Shown here one piece after another: positions 1 to 9,027 of a DNA stretch of 32,909 bases. Numbering within the stretch: the first letter of the stretch is position 1; each line of letters opens with the position of its first letter. Origin of the DNA: Promethearchaeota archaeon (GTDB lineage: Archaea; Asgardarchaeota; Lokiarchaeia; Sigyniarchaeales; SOKP01); the NCBI GenBank assembly GCA_048938445.1, contig JBHLME010000047.1:1-32909 (forward strand), given 5' to 3'. The translations under genes were made by a program, and so were the position numbers. The notes under the pieces are model-generated. The model was not told where the DNA came from, did no database searches, and was given only the letters and a program-made list of their open reading frames with translations.

Positions 1-135
1 TGTAATAAGGTTTAAAATACGAGATCCTTATTTAATTTTCTTTAATTAAATATGAATTAATTAAATGATCATTTGAATAAATAATTAAGTAATTTTATTT
101 GCTAAAAAACTTGAATTTCAAAAAATAATGAAAAA

Positions 136-172
136 GAAAAACAAATTTTAAAAACCTATTAACTTGTTTCTC
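136..172 (-). terminator. Hairpin followed by U-rich tract downstream of thioredoxin (putative terminator)
   Basis: Minus strand reads GAGAAACAAGTT-13 nt loop-AATTTGTTTTTC (12-bp stem with G-U pairs), followed by TTTTTCATTATTTTTT. The hairpin begins 13 nt after the trx stop. Confidence 0.35.
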
Positions 173-185
173 ATTAAATCCATTC

Positions 186-530
186 CTACATTGCTTCGAT
201 AATTTTTCTTATTATTGGTTCTCCAGCAGCACCAACCATGATTCCCTTTCTTACTAGAACTTGCCCATCAATTTCGATGTAATGCTCTAAAAGTTGTCCG
301 TCTTTAAAAAATAATAAGGTGGGTATAGCTGTAATTCCAAAAAGTTCACCTAAAGGACGGTTTTGATCAAGATCAACTTGAATTAAACTAATTAATCCTT
401 CATCTCTGAGCTTATGAAGGATGGGCGCAATAAACTTACAAGGGCCACACCAAGTTGTATATACATCTATAATCAACTTTCCTTCTTGGGGTCCATCAAT
501 TCCAACTTTTTTCAATTCTTCAATATTCAC
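186..530 (-). CDS. trxA: Thioredoxin
   Basis: WCGPC active site, cis-Pro motif (AIPTLLFFKDG), 114 aa. GTG start preceded by an SD-like GAGATGA. Confidence 0.9.
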   Translation of the reverse strand: MNIEELKKVGIDGPQEGKLIIDVYTTWCGPCKFIAPILHKLRDEGLISLIQVDLDQNRPLGELFGITAIPTLLFFKDGQLLEHYIEIDGQVLVRKGIMVGAAGEPIIRKIIEAM

Positions 531-790
531 TAGTACTGTTCATCTCTTGCATATTATCTGTTTTGAAATCACGGACATAAACATTTGATTTATAATAATT
601 GTAAAACAAATATATTGTTTTTTATATTTATTATTAAGCTAATTTATTTATTTTCATCTTTTTTAAATCATAAAAACACTTATTATAAAAAGAAAATTGA
701 ATTTATTGAAAATTATTTTATGTATTAAAATAATTTTTATATAAAAATAATGATATAAATACATAAGATCAATATACTCGTGATAATTAT

Positions 791-1297
791 ATGGCAACAA
801 TTGATTTTAATTTTCGAAACCAGATCCTTGGAAATGATATTGGTAATACATTAGCTTACTGTTATCAATGTGCCACTTGTTCAGGAGCTTGTCCTGTAGC
901 ACAGGTTACAGAAGGAAAATATAATCCTAGGAGATTGATACTTGATGCTCTATTAGGTTTGAAAAATAAAATATTTGGCATAGAAAACTCTTTTAATATA
1001 TGGGGATGTACCGTATGTGATACATGCGATGAAGTATGTCCACAAAAAGTTGAACTTACTGAGATCTTTACAATCTTAAAAAATATGAGTATCGAGAGAG
1101 GAGAAGCGCCAGATTATTATACTACTCAAGCATCAACTATTTTAGATAATGCAAAAGCAATTCCAATGCAAACTGCGATTGAAAGAAGACGAGATCAGTT
1201 GGGATTGCCAAAAGTGATGGATCCGGATATTGCGGAGGTAAAAAAACTATTAAAAGCAACAAAACTATCAGAAAAACTTCCTAAAAAGGTAGAATAA
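791..1297 (+). CDS. hdrC: Heterodisulfide reductase subunit C-like 2x[4Fe-4S] protein
   Basis: CYQCATCSGACP and IWGCTVCDTCDEVCP ferredoxin motifs with the intervening YNPRR segment typical of HdrC. Confidence 0.8.
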   Translation: MATIDFNFRNQILGNDIGNTLAYCYQCATCSGACPVAQVTEGKYNPRRLILDALLGLKNKIFGIENSFNIWGCTVCDTCDEVCPQKVELTEIFTILKNMSIERGEAPDYYTTQASTILDNAKAIPMQTAIERRRDQLGLPKVMDPDIAEVKKLLKATKLSEKLPKKVE

Positions 1298-1397
1298 TCT
1301 GAAGTTTTAATTCAATTTCTTTTTTACTGCTTATATAATTAAATTATAAGATGTATTAATTAATTTTAAAAACATTACATAAATGAGGTGGAGTTAT

Positions 1398-2168
1398 TTG
1401 AGAAGACCAATTATAGGAGGAAATTGGAAAATGAATATGGGTTCCCCTGAGGATGCTAGAAATATGCTAAAAAAATTCGTGAGCATTGTAAAAAAAATAA
1501 AAAATGTTGATATTTTCGTCGCAGCACCATTTACTGCTTTAGATTCTTCATATCAAGTTATTAAAAAAACAAATGTGAAATTGGGAGCCCAGAATATGTA
1601 TTTTGAAGAAAAAGGAGCATATACAGGAGAAATTTCCCCACTTTTCATAAAAGATATAGGATGTGAATACGTTATTTTAGGACATAGTGAGCGAAGAGAT
1701 ATATTTAATGAATCTAATTTACTAATAAATAAAAAATTGAAAAAAGCATTATCATTGGAACTAAAACCAGTTGTTTGCGTTGGAGAGCATTTAGAAGAAA
1801 GAGAATCTGGAAAAACTAAAGAGATCATTCAAACCCAAATTATTGAAACATTCAAAGATTTAAGTACTGAAGAAATGATAAATATTGTTATTGCTTATGA
1901 ACCAATATGGGCAATAGGGACGGGTAAAACTGCAACACCCGAACAAGCGGAAGAGATTCATGTTTTTATTCGGGAACAGTTAGCTCAACAATTTGATGAG
2001 GATACTGCTAGTAAAGTAAGGATTCAATATGGAGGATCAATAAAACCATCTAATGCTCAATCTCTTTTCAATAAAAAAAATATAGATGGTGGTTTAGTTG
2101 GAGGTGCTTCTCTTCAAGCAGATTCTCTATATGAGATAATTCAAGCAGCTGAAAATAGTTTTCAATGA
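1398..2168 (+). CDS. tpiA: Triosephosphate isomerase, bacterial/eukaryotic type
   Basis: GGNWKMN, GAYTGEIS, ILGHSERR, AYEPIWAIGTG, YGGS and GLVGGASL motifs. The ORF track starts at ATG 1383, but TTG 1398 follows SD GAGGTG at 7 nt and fits the usual N-terminus (MRRPIIGGNWK). Confidence 0.95.
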   Translation: MRRPIIGGNWKMNMGSPEDARNMLKKFVSIVKKIKNVDIFVAAPFTALDSSYQVIKKTNVKLGAQNMYFEEKGAYTGEISPLFIKDIGCEYVILGHSERRDIFNESNLLINKKLKKALSLELKPVVCVGEHLEERESGKTKEIIQTQIIETFKDLSTEEMINIVIAYEPIWAIGTGKTATPEQAEEIHVFIREQLAQQFDEDTASKVRIQYGGSIKPSNAQSLFNKKNIDGGLVGGASLQADSLYEIIQAAENSFQ

Positions 2169-2175
2169 ATAAAAT

Positions 2176-3051
2176 TTATTTTTTTAATATTTCTCGAAAT
2201 TTGTTCATCAATTTATTAGGAAAATCGCCTAAATAGCTTTCTGATTTACAGATAAGCAGATAATAATATGGCTCAAATAATTCTTCTCCCGAATATTTTT
2301 CAGTAACTCCGATTCCAGAATTAATTACATATAGCCAAATATCTTCACCTTTATAGTTCACAATTCGATGTTTTAATCCAAAAACGGGAATATCAGCGAC
2401 TTGTGAAGTATTCCTTAGCATATCTTTAACATTCTCTAATGTAAATTTTTCTCCAAATACTTGAATGAGCGATAAATCAAAACTTAAAATACAAATTCCT
2501 TCGAGACCATAACTATTCATTTCAATTAAAAAATCTTCTGTGGCATCAGTTATTTTTTCTATATGATCATCTATGTAATCTCTAGCTTTTTTATCATTTA
2601 AGATATTTTTTATCATATCTATTTCAGGGGTTAAAAGTTCTTCAGCAGTCATCAAGGGTAATTTTGGTTCTATAATCGTATTATAAATTAATTCAATTTT
2701 ATCCCGAATAGATTTTTGACTGAGAAATGTTTCTGAAGAACACGTGATTAAGGTATCTGAGATGGTCCCATTAAATAGATCTTCATTATTTTTATCATTA
2801 TCACCTTCAGATTGAAACTCAAGCATGTAAATCTTTCTATCTATCGCACGAGAGAATTCAAATATTGCAGAAATTAAACCTGCTGTTAGTTCAAACTTCG
2901 AATCTGGATCTATTAGTTCTTCTCCACCTTTTTCTTTAGAGAAATCAAAGAATCTGAGAAAAATCCTTACTCCATCGGGAGTTTCATTTATTTTAAGACC
3001 ATAATAAGGAAAACCAGTGGTTGTAATTATGTTGAACTCGTAGATCGTCAT
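2176..3051 (-). CDS. Hypothetical protein with N-terminal longin-like domain (candidate eukaryotic signature protein)
   Basis: N-terminal beta-hairpin IYEFNIITTTGFPYY followed by helix LTAGLISAIFEFSRAI, matching the pattern of Asgard longin-like domains. The fold call is from pattern only. Confidence 0.55.
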   Translation of the reverse strand: MTIYEFNIITTTGFPYYGLKINETPDGVRIFLRFFDFSKEKGGEELIDPDSKFELTAGLISAIFEFSRAIDRKIYMLEFQSEGDNDKNNEDLFNGTISDTLITCSSETFLSQKSIRDKIELIYNTIIEPKLPLMTAEELLTPEIDMIKNILNDKKARDYIDDHIEKITDATEDFLIEMNSYGLEGICILSFDLSLIQVFGEKFTLENVKDMLRNTSQVADIPVFGLKHRIVNYKGEDIWLYVINSGIGVTEKYSGEELFEPYYYLLICKSESYLGDFPNKLMNKFREILKK

Positions 3052-3176
3052 CGAATTTTAATTGATATTAATTTTAATTTAAAGAATCTATAGATAAGTA
3101 ATAATTTAGTAATTAAAATTTTATTATTTAAATGAAATGGGCGAGTTAAACAGACAAAAAATTAAAATGAAAGAAT

Positions 3177-5966
3177 TTATTCCATAATAATTGCAGGTTT
3201 TCCGGGTAATGCTTGGGATGCCTTCTTTATTGTTTTTTCATTTTTTTCATTAGATATAGTTAGAGAACATCCATATTTATGTTCAATAATATTTTTAATA
3301 TCATTATAAAAATTATATTCTTCTTCAGGTGAGAGAGAAATTTTTGAGTATTTTCCAACATTTTTGAGAACTCTTGAAACTATTTGACCTACTAGCTTTC
3401 CATAAGGTTTAAAATCACTCTCTCTCATTATAGTGTTCATAATTTCTCCTTGATTTATTGTTTTATTAATTAACGACATCAAAATTGGATAAAGTTTAAA
3501 TTTCCATTCATCCGCAATTATGAGCGTAATGTTATTTAAATTATCCTTTTTCAGTATCATTTTTATACTTTTAATGTCATCAATGACACCATTCATTAAT
3601 TTCCATTTAAAATCATTTTCATCAGTTAAGACCTTATTATTAAATTTAGGCCATGAGGCTAAACTCAGATAAGTTTTTTTACCAATTATTTCCCAGAGTT
3701 CTTCTGTCATGTGAGGAGCAATTGGGTGGAGCAACAATATAATTTTTTCTCTACATTCTTCGAAAATTTCATGTATAACTCCTTCTTCCTTATAACTTTT
3801 AAAATCTTTTATTAATTGCATGATGCTATTAACAGCATTTCTTATTTCTAATTTTTCAAGAAATTCAGTCACATTCTTACAAGTTTTATTCAATTGATAT
3901 ATGATAAGGGTATCTGTAATGGTTTTTTTAGTTCTTATATTTTCAGGAGTATTTGCTAATATTTGAAAAGCATTTTTTATTTTTTTTGATGCAGAGCCTA
4001 TCTCTGATTCACTCCACTCCAATCCTTTTTCGGGACTTGCACCGGATAATATGAAAAAACGTGCTACATCTGCTCCATATTTATCCATAATCTCTCCAGG
4101 ATTTACCGTATTTCCATAGCTCTTACTCATTTTAACGCTTTTTAATACATATTCTGTTTTGCAAAACTTGCATTTTTTATCATTCATCTCAGCTTTCATT
4201 GCAAAACGATCACAATTGGGACAATAAGGATGCGCCTTGTTTATCATTCCTTGGGTTAAAAGGCGCTGAAAGGGTTCATCATGGGTGTGAAGTTCAAAAT
4301 CCCTTCCAATTTTAGTCCAAAATCGAGCATAAATAAGATGGAGGACGGCATGTTCAATTCCTCCAATATATTGATCTACATTTCCCCAATAATTTACAAT
4401 TGATTTATTATATGGTACTTTATTTTCTACTGAGGGGGGATCACAGAACGCGAAGAAATACCATGACGAATCTACAAATGTATCCATCGTATCAGTTTCT
4501 CGTTTAGCTTTTTTTCCACATTTAGGGCATTTTACTCTTAAAAATATTTCACTTGTTTCTAAAGGATTTCCAGAACCAGTAAATTTTACATCTTTAGGTA
4601 AATAAACAGGTAAATCTTCATAAGGTACCGGTACAACTCCACAAGTATCGCAATAGATAATTGGGATTGGACACCCCCAATATCTTTGACGCGAAATACC
4701 CCAATCTCTTAATTTATAATTAATTGTTGCATATCCCATATTTATTTCTTCCAATTTTTCAGAAATTGCAGAAATAGCCGTTCTATTTTCCATTCCATTA
4801 AAGTTATTTGAATTAGCCAAATATCCATCATCCTCATATGCTCTTGTCATTTTTTCAGCACTTAATTCATAATCAGGGGGTTGAATGACAACTTTAATTG
4901 GGATATTATATTGTTTCGCAAATTCAAAATCTCGTTGATCATGACCAGGAACAGCCATCACTGCTCCTGCACCATACTCATAGATAACAAAATTACCAAT
5001 ATATATAGGAACTTCTTTTTGTGTCATTGGATTTACTGCGTATTTTCCAATAAACATCCCCTTTTTCTCAACTTCTATATCTGTTCTTTGGAATTTATCT
5101 TGTTTGATTATTTCTTCGTATAATTTCAGATATTCTTTTTCATATTCTGTTCCTTTAATCCATTCTTGCACCCATGGATGCTCTGGAGCAAATACCATAA
5201 ATGTTACACCAAAAACTGTATCTGCTCGAGTGGTGAAAATGTCGATAGTACGATCTTCTTCAACTATAGGAAATTTAATGATGGTTCCTTCTGATTTACC
5301 TATCCAATTTCTTTGCATTGTTTTTACTTTATCGGGCCATTCCACGAGATCAAGCCCAACTAATAATTCTTCTGCATAATCTCTAATTTTCAAAAACCAT
5401 TGTGTCAAGAATTTTTGATCCACATCAGAATTGCACCTCCAGCATTTCCCTCCTTGAGCTTGCTCGTTAGCTAAAACAGTGGAACACTTTGGACACCAAT
5501 TTACATAGCTCTCTTGTCTATAAGCGAGACCTTTTTCTAACATTTTAAGAAAATACCATTGATCCCATTTATAATAGTTTGGATTATGGCTATAGACTTC
5601 ACGGGTCCAATCGTATGAAAGACCAATTCTCTTCTGTTGATTTTTCATTGTTTCTATATTTTTATCAGTCCATTCTTCTGGATTTATACCATGATCTATA
5701 GCTGCGTTTTCTGCAGGCATTCCAAATGAATCATAACCCATTGGATAAAGTACATTAAATCCCCTGCTACGTTTATACCGAGCAAAACAATCACCAATAG
5801 TATAATTACGGAGATGTCCCATATGAAGTTTTCCAGAAGGATAAGGATACATCTCCAGAACATAATATTTCTTTTTTTTTGAATCCTTTTTTACTTGGAA
5901 AATTTTATCCTTTTCCCATCTATCTTGCCATTTCTTCTCAATTTCTTGAGGGTTGTAATCGACCAT
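3177..5966 (-). CDS. leuS: Leucyl-tRNA synthetase (bacterial-type core, archaeal-type C-terminal domain)
   Basis: YPYPSGKLHMGH (HIGH), CP1 editing motifs FTTRADT and GAVMAVPGHDQRD, DWGISRQRYWG, GGIEHA, KMSKS. ATG 5966 chosen; the ORF track starts at TTG 5975. Confidence 0.95.
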   Translation of the reverse strand: MVDYNPQEIEKKWQDRWEKDKIFQVKKDSKKKKYYVLEMYPYPSGKLHMGHLRNYTIGDCFARYKRSRGFNVLYPMGYDSFGMPAENAAIDHGINPEEWTDKNIETMKNQQKRIGLSYDWTREVYSHNPNYYKWDQWYFLKMLEKGLAYRQESYVNWCPKCSTVLANEQAQGGKCWRCNSDVDQKFLTQWFLKIRDYAEELLVGLDLVEWPDKVKTMQRNWIGKSEGTIIKFPIVEEDRTIDIFTTRADTVFGVTFMVFAPEHPWVQEWIKGTEYEKEYLKLYEEIIKQDKFQRTDIEVEKKGMFIGKYAVNPMTQKEVPIYIGNFVIYEYGAGAVMAVPGHDQRDFEFAKQYNIPIKVVIQPPDYELSAEKMTRAYEDDGYLANSNNFNGMENRTAISAISEKLEEINMGYATINYKLRDWGISRQRYWGCPIPIIYCDTCGVVPVPYEDLPVYLPKDVKFTGSGNPLETSEIFLRVKCPKCGKKAKRETDTMDTFVDSSWYFFAFCDPPSVENKVPYNKSIVNYWGNVDQYIGGIEHAVLHLIYARFWTKIGRDFELHTHDEPFQRLLTQGMINKAHPYCPNCDRFAMKAEMNDKKCKFCKTEYVLKSVKMSKSYGNTVNPGEIMDKYGADVARFFILSGASPEKGLEWSESEIGSASKKIKNAFQILANTPENIRTKKTITDTLIIYQLNKTCKNVTEFLEKLEIRNAVNSIMQLIKDFKSYKEEGVIHEIFEECREKIILLLHPIAPHMTEELWEIIGKKTYLSLASWPKFNNKVLTDENDFKWKLMNGVIDDIKSIKMILKKDNLNNITLIIADEWKFKLYPILMSLINKTINQGEIMNTIMRESDFKPYGKLVGQIVSRVLKNVGKYSKISLSPEEEYNFYNDIKNIIEHKYGCSLTISNEKNEKTIKKASQALPGKPAIIME

Positions 5967-6070
5967 AATGTTCAAACTCTTATAAAAGGAATATCGTATA
6001 TTACTTTAATTGGTATAAATTAGCATATTTTATTTGATTTTTCATTAATTCATTATTAAGTAGTACTTGA

Positions 6071-7168
6071 TTATCTTGATCTAATTATTTTATCCTTCGC
6101 TTTTTTGAGTTTTATTGCTCTTTTATATAAAAATTCAATTTTTTCACCAATTTTATTAAAATCATGGAGTTCAATAGCTTTTTTTTGAGCATTATCAACT
6201 ATTTTAATTCTAAAATCTTTATCTTTGAGTAATTTTTCAATACCGCTCATAAAATCTTCAATTTTTTCTGCTTTAATACAACTAATATCATGTTCAATCC
6301 AATCATAAGCCGGTAAGTTCATAGCAACAATTGGTAATCTACAAACTGCTGCTTCAATCAATGGAATTCCTTGATTTTCAACTCTTGATGTATTTAAAAA
6401 GATATCTGCCCCATAGTATGGTTCCCGAATGTCATCATAAAAACCAGTAAATATTACATTTTTTAACTTTAAAGCCTCATCAATATCAGGATTATTGTTA
6501 ATTGGACCAACCCATATAAAGTAATGCTTGGGTAGAGCTTTCGCAATTTTACTAAAGGTATCTACACCTTTTTTCTTCCAACTTAACCCTACATTAAGAA
6601 TAATTGTTGCTTCTAGGGGTACGTCATATTCTTTTCTTAAAAAATTCCTAAAATTAGAACGAAACTCTCTTTTTTCTTTAAAATTTTCCAAACGTATACC
6701 ATTACTAACAACATGAATTGGATATGTCATAGATTTTTGCATTTTTAATAAACATTGTCTTGAATAATTACTTGGGGTGATTAGTAAATTAGCGGGAGCA
6801 TATTGAAATCTCAGCCACAATTCTAAGATTTTATTGAATATTGGCTTATCAGGGAGAATATTTCCAACCATATCCTCAACAGTTGTATGAGCGTGTTTTA
6901 CGATGGCTGCATTATTTTTACACTGTTTTTTGTATTTATGAACTTCTAAATATGCTAATGGATCATATCCCGGAGTTGCAATGATATCAACTTCCCCTTT
7001 TTTAACCCATTCGGGTTCATCTGGTTCTCTTTCAGGTATCCAGAGATTATGACCTCTTAACCTTAATTCTTTAATCACATCATTAGTATTAGTTTCAATA
7101 CCCCCAATATTTTTAATATTTGTATATTTCTTGTAAAAATTAAATTTAACAATAAAGATAATGTTCAT
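6071..7168 (-). CDS. GT4 (GT-B fold) glycosyltransferase
   Basis: GGIET N-terminal motif, VSNGI, KKGVD, and the ENQGIPLIEA (EX7E-type) motif. Confidence 0.88.
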   Translation of the reverse strand: MNIIFIVKFNFYKKYTNIKNIGGIETNTNDVIKELRLRGHNLWIPEREPDEPEWVKKGEVDIIATPGYDPLAYLEVHKYKKQCKNNAAIVKHAHTTVEDMVGNILPDKPIFNKILELWLRFQYAPANLLITPSNYSRQCLLKMQKSMTYPIHVVSNGIRLENFKEKREFRSNFRNFLRKEYDVPLEATIILNVGLSWKKKGVDTFSKIAKALPKHYFIWVGPINNNPDIDEALKLKNVIFTGFYDDIREPYYGADIFLNTSRVENQGIPLIEAAVCRLPIVAMNLPAYDWIEHDISCIKAEKIEDFMSGIEKLLKDKDFRIKIVDNAQKKAIELHDFNKIGEKIEFLYKRAIKLKKAKDKIIRSR

Positions 7169-7228
7169 ACCCTTAATTTATGAAATCTAAGAAAAAAACT
7201 TATCTTAATTGAAATATAGGAATTAGTG

Positions 7229-8230
7229 ATGGTAATCGAAAAAATTCGTGTTTCAATTGGTAGTGCTTCCGTCCTAGGGCTCAATAACTCGATAAAACTA
7301 AAAAATTTGCCCACAACCTGTTATTTAATGACATATAAAAAGGGTCATTGTTCTGCGAACTGTGGTTTTTGTCCTCAAGCAAAAAGTTCTGATAGTTCAA
7401 CGGAAAAACTTTCACGAGTGAGCTGGCCCATTTTCCCTATGAAAGATGTTATTTCTAAATTAAAATTATTACCCATTGAAAAGAATTTTCAAAGGGTTTG
7501 TATTCAGACATTAAATTATCCAGAGAATTATCAAGATATAATTGAAATCGTTAGTCAAATAAGAAGTGTTTTTTATAATCCTATATCTGTTGCGATCCCC
7601 CCTATCACAAAAGATAAATTAAAGAAATTAAAAGAAGTGGGAGTTTCCCAGATTGGAATTGCTTTAGATGGTACAACTCCAGAAATCTTTAATAAAATTA
7701 AAGGAAAAGATATTAATGGACCATATGAATGGGATTTACATTATCAATGCTTAAGAGAGGCATTAGGAATTTTTTCGAAAGGATTTGTCAGTACTCATTT
7801 AATAGTTGGATTTGGCGAAACTCATAAAGAAATTTTAAAAAGAATAGAAGAATTACATGATCTATCAATAACAGTTTCTCTTTTTGCTTTTACACCCGTA
7901 AAAGGTACAAAATTCGAAAACATTAAGCAACCAGAAGTTCTTGATTTTAGGAAAATACAATTGGGACGATATCTTATAATTAACAATTTAAAATCAATTC
8001 GCGATTTTGTTTTTGATAATAAGGGGAATTTACTTAATATCAATATTTCTAAAGAAGATTTAAGGAATTATATTGAAAATAGTGATGCTTTCATGACATC
8101 TGGATGCCCTGGATGTAACCGTCCATATTATACTTCTCGTCCTTCAGGACCAACATACAACTACCCTAGGAAATTAAAAAAAGAAGAAAATGAAGAAATT
8201 TTCGATATTTTAGAAGAACTTGTCAATTAA
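7229..8230 (+). CDS. lipS2: Radical SAM lipoyl synthase subunit LipS2 (archaeal two-protein lipoyl synthase)
   Basis: CSANCGFC radical SAM motif plus C-terminal TSGCPGCNRP, matching the TxGCPxC(N/D)RP LipS2 signature. Adjacent to a lipoate ligase-family gene and lipS1. Confidence 0.82.
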   Translation: MVIEKIRVSIGSASVLGLNNSIKLKNLPTTCYLMTYKKGHCSANCGFCPQAKSSDSSTEKLSRVSWPIFPMKDVISKLKLLPIEKNFQRVCIQTLNYPENYQDIIEIVSQIRSVFYNPISVAIPPITKDKLKKLKEVGVSQIGIALDGTTPEIFNKIKGKDINGPYEWDLHYQCLREALGIFSKGFVSTHLIVGFGETHKEILKRIEELHDLSITVSLFAFTPVKGTKFENIKQPEVLDFRKIQLGRYLIINNLKSIRDFVFDNKGNLLNINISKEDLRNYIENSDAFMTSGCPGCNRPYYTSRPSGPTYNYPRKLKKEENEEIFDILEELVN

Positions 8231-8238
8231 AATTTAAG

Positions 8239-9027
8239 GTGCTTAAAGTAGAAAATTGGAGAATATTACCACTCGAAACTAGAGATGGATTTTGGAATAT
8301 GGCATTGGATGAGGCCATTTTAGAGGCAGTTATTGAAAAAAAATCACCCAATACTCTACGCTTTTTTAAATGGAATCCATCAACGGTAAATATTGGGAGA
8401 AATCAGAGTTTATCAGATGAAGTTGATGAAAAAGTTGCTAAAGAAAAAGGTTTTGATATCGTAAGACGAATAACGGGAGGTGGAGCCGTTTTTCACGATA
8501 AAGATAGGGAAATCACTTATTCAATTTCATGTCCGTTAGAATTTTTGGAAAAACTGAATGCTATAAAAGTTTTAGAGCAATTTGAAATTATTACTCAAGG
8601 AATTATTGAAGGATTGACTTTTTATGGTCTGGAACCTGAAAAAGGTGTAATTCATTGTCCAGCTTTATTTTTAGATGGTAAGAAAATATCTGGAAATGCA
8701 CAAGTCAGAAAAAAAGGTTATCTCCTTCAACATGGAACGATATTATTAGATCTCGATCCTGATCTCATGTATTCAGTTTTAAAAGCTCCTCAAGGAGTTA
8801 GCAAATCACGCATGGTGAAATCTGTATATGCTAAATGTGTTGGGATAAAAGAATTTATGCAAGATTTTAATGAAGAGCGTTTTATAAGTTCTTTAAAAAG
8901 GGGATTTGAAAAAACTTTAAACATAAAGCTTCAAAAAGGATCTTTTTCTGAGTATGAATTAAAATTAGCCGAGGAAATAATCAAAAAAAGATATTCAGAT
9001 GATAATTGGTTAAGAAAATATGATTGA
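8239..9027 (+). CDS. Lipoate-protein ligase A family catalytic domain (LipM/LplA-N like)
   Basis: NMALDEA, RRITGGGAVFHD, GKKISGNAQ and LQHGTIL motifs; 262 aa with no C-terminal accessory domain. Stop overlaps the lipS1 start by 8 nt. Confidence 0.88.
   Translation: MLKVENWRILPLETRDGFWNMALDEAILEAVIEKKSPNTLRFFKWNPSTVNIGRNQSLSDEVDEKVAKEKGFDIVRRITGGGAVFHDKDREITYSISCPLEFLEKLNAIKVLEQFEIITQGIIEGLTFYGLEPEKGVIHCPALFLDGKKISGNAQVRKKGYLLQHGTILLDLDPDLMYSVLKAPQGVSKSRMVKSVYAKCVGIKEFMQDFNEERFISSLKRGFEKTLNIKLQKGSFSEYELKLAEEIIKKRYSDDNWLRKYD

Noticed and set aside
4-32. Inverted repeat AATAAGG / CCTTATT at the window start
   Set aside because: The 7-bp arms lie in very AT-rich DNA at the window edge, with no context to interpret them.
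125-180. SECIS element in the thioredoxin 3' region
   Set aside because: AUGA, a stem and a loop AA are present, but the 3' strand has UC rather than GA, so no tandem G-A core forms. It fits a plain hairpin plus U-tract better.
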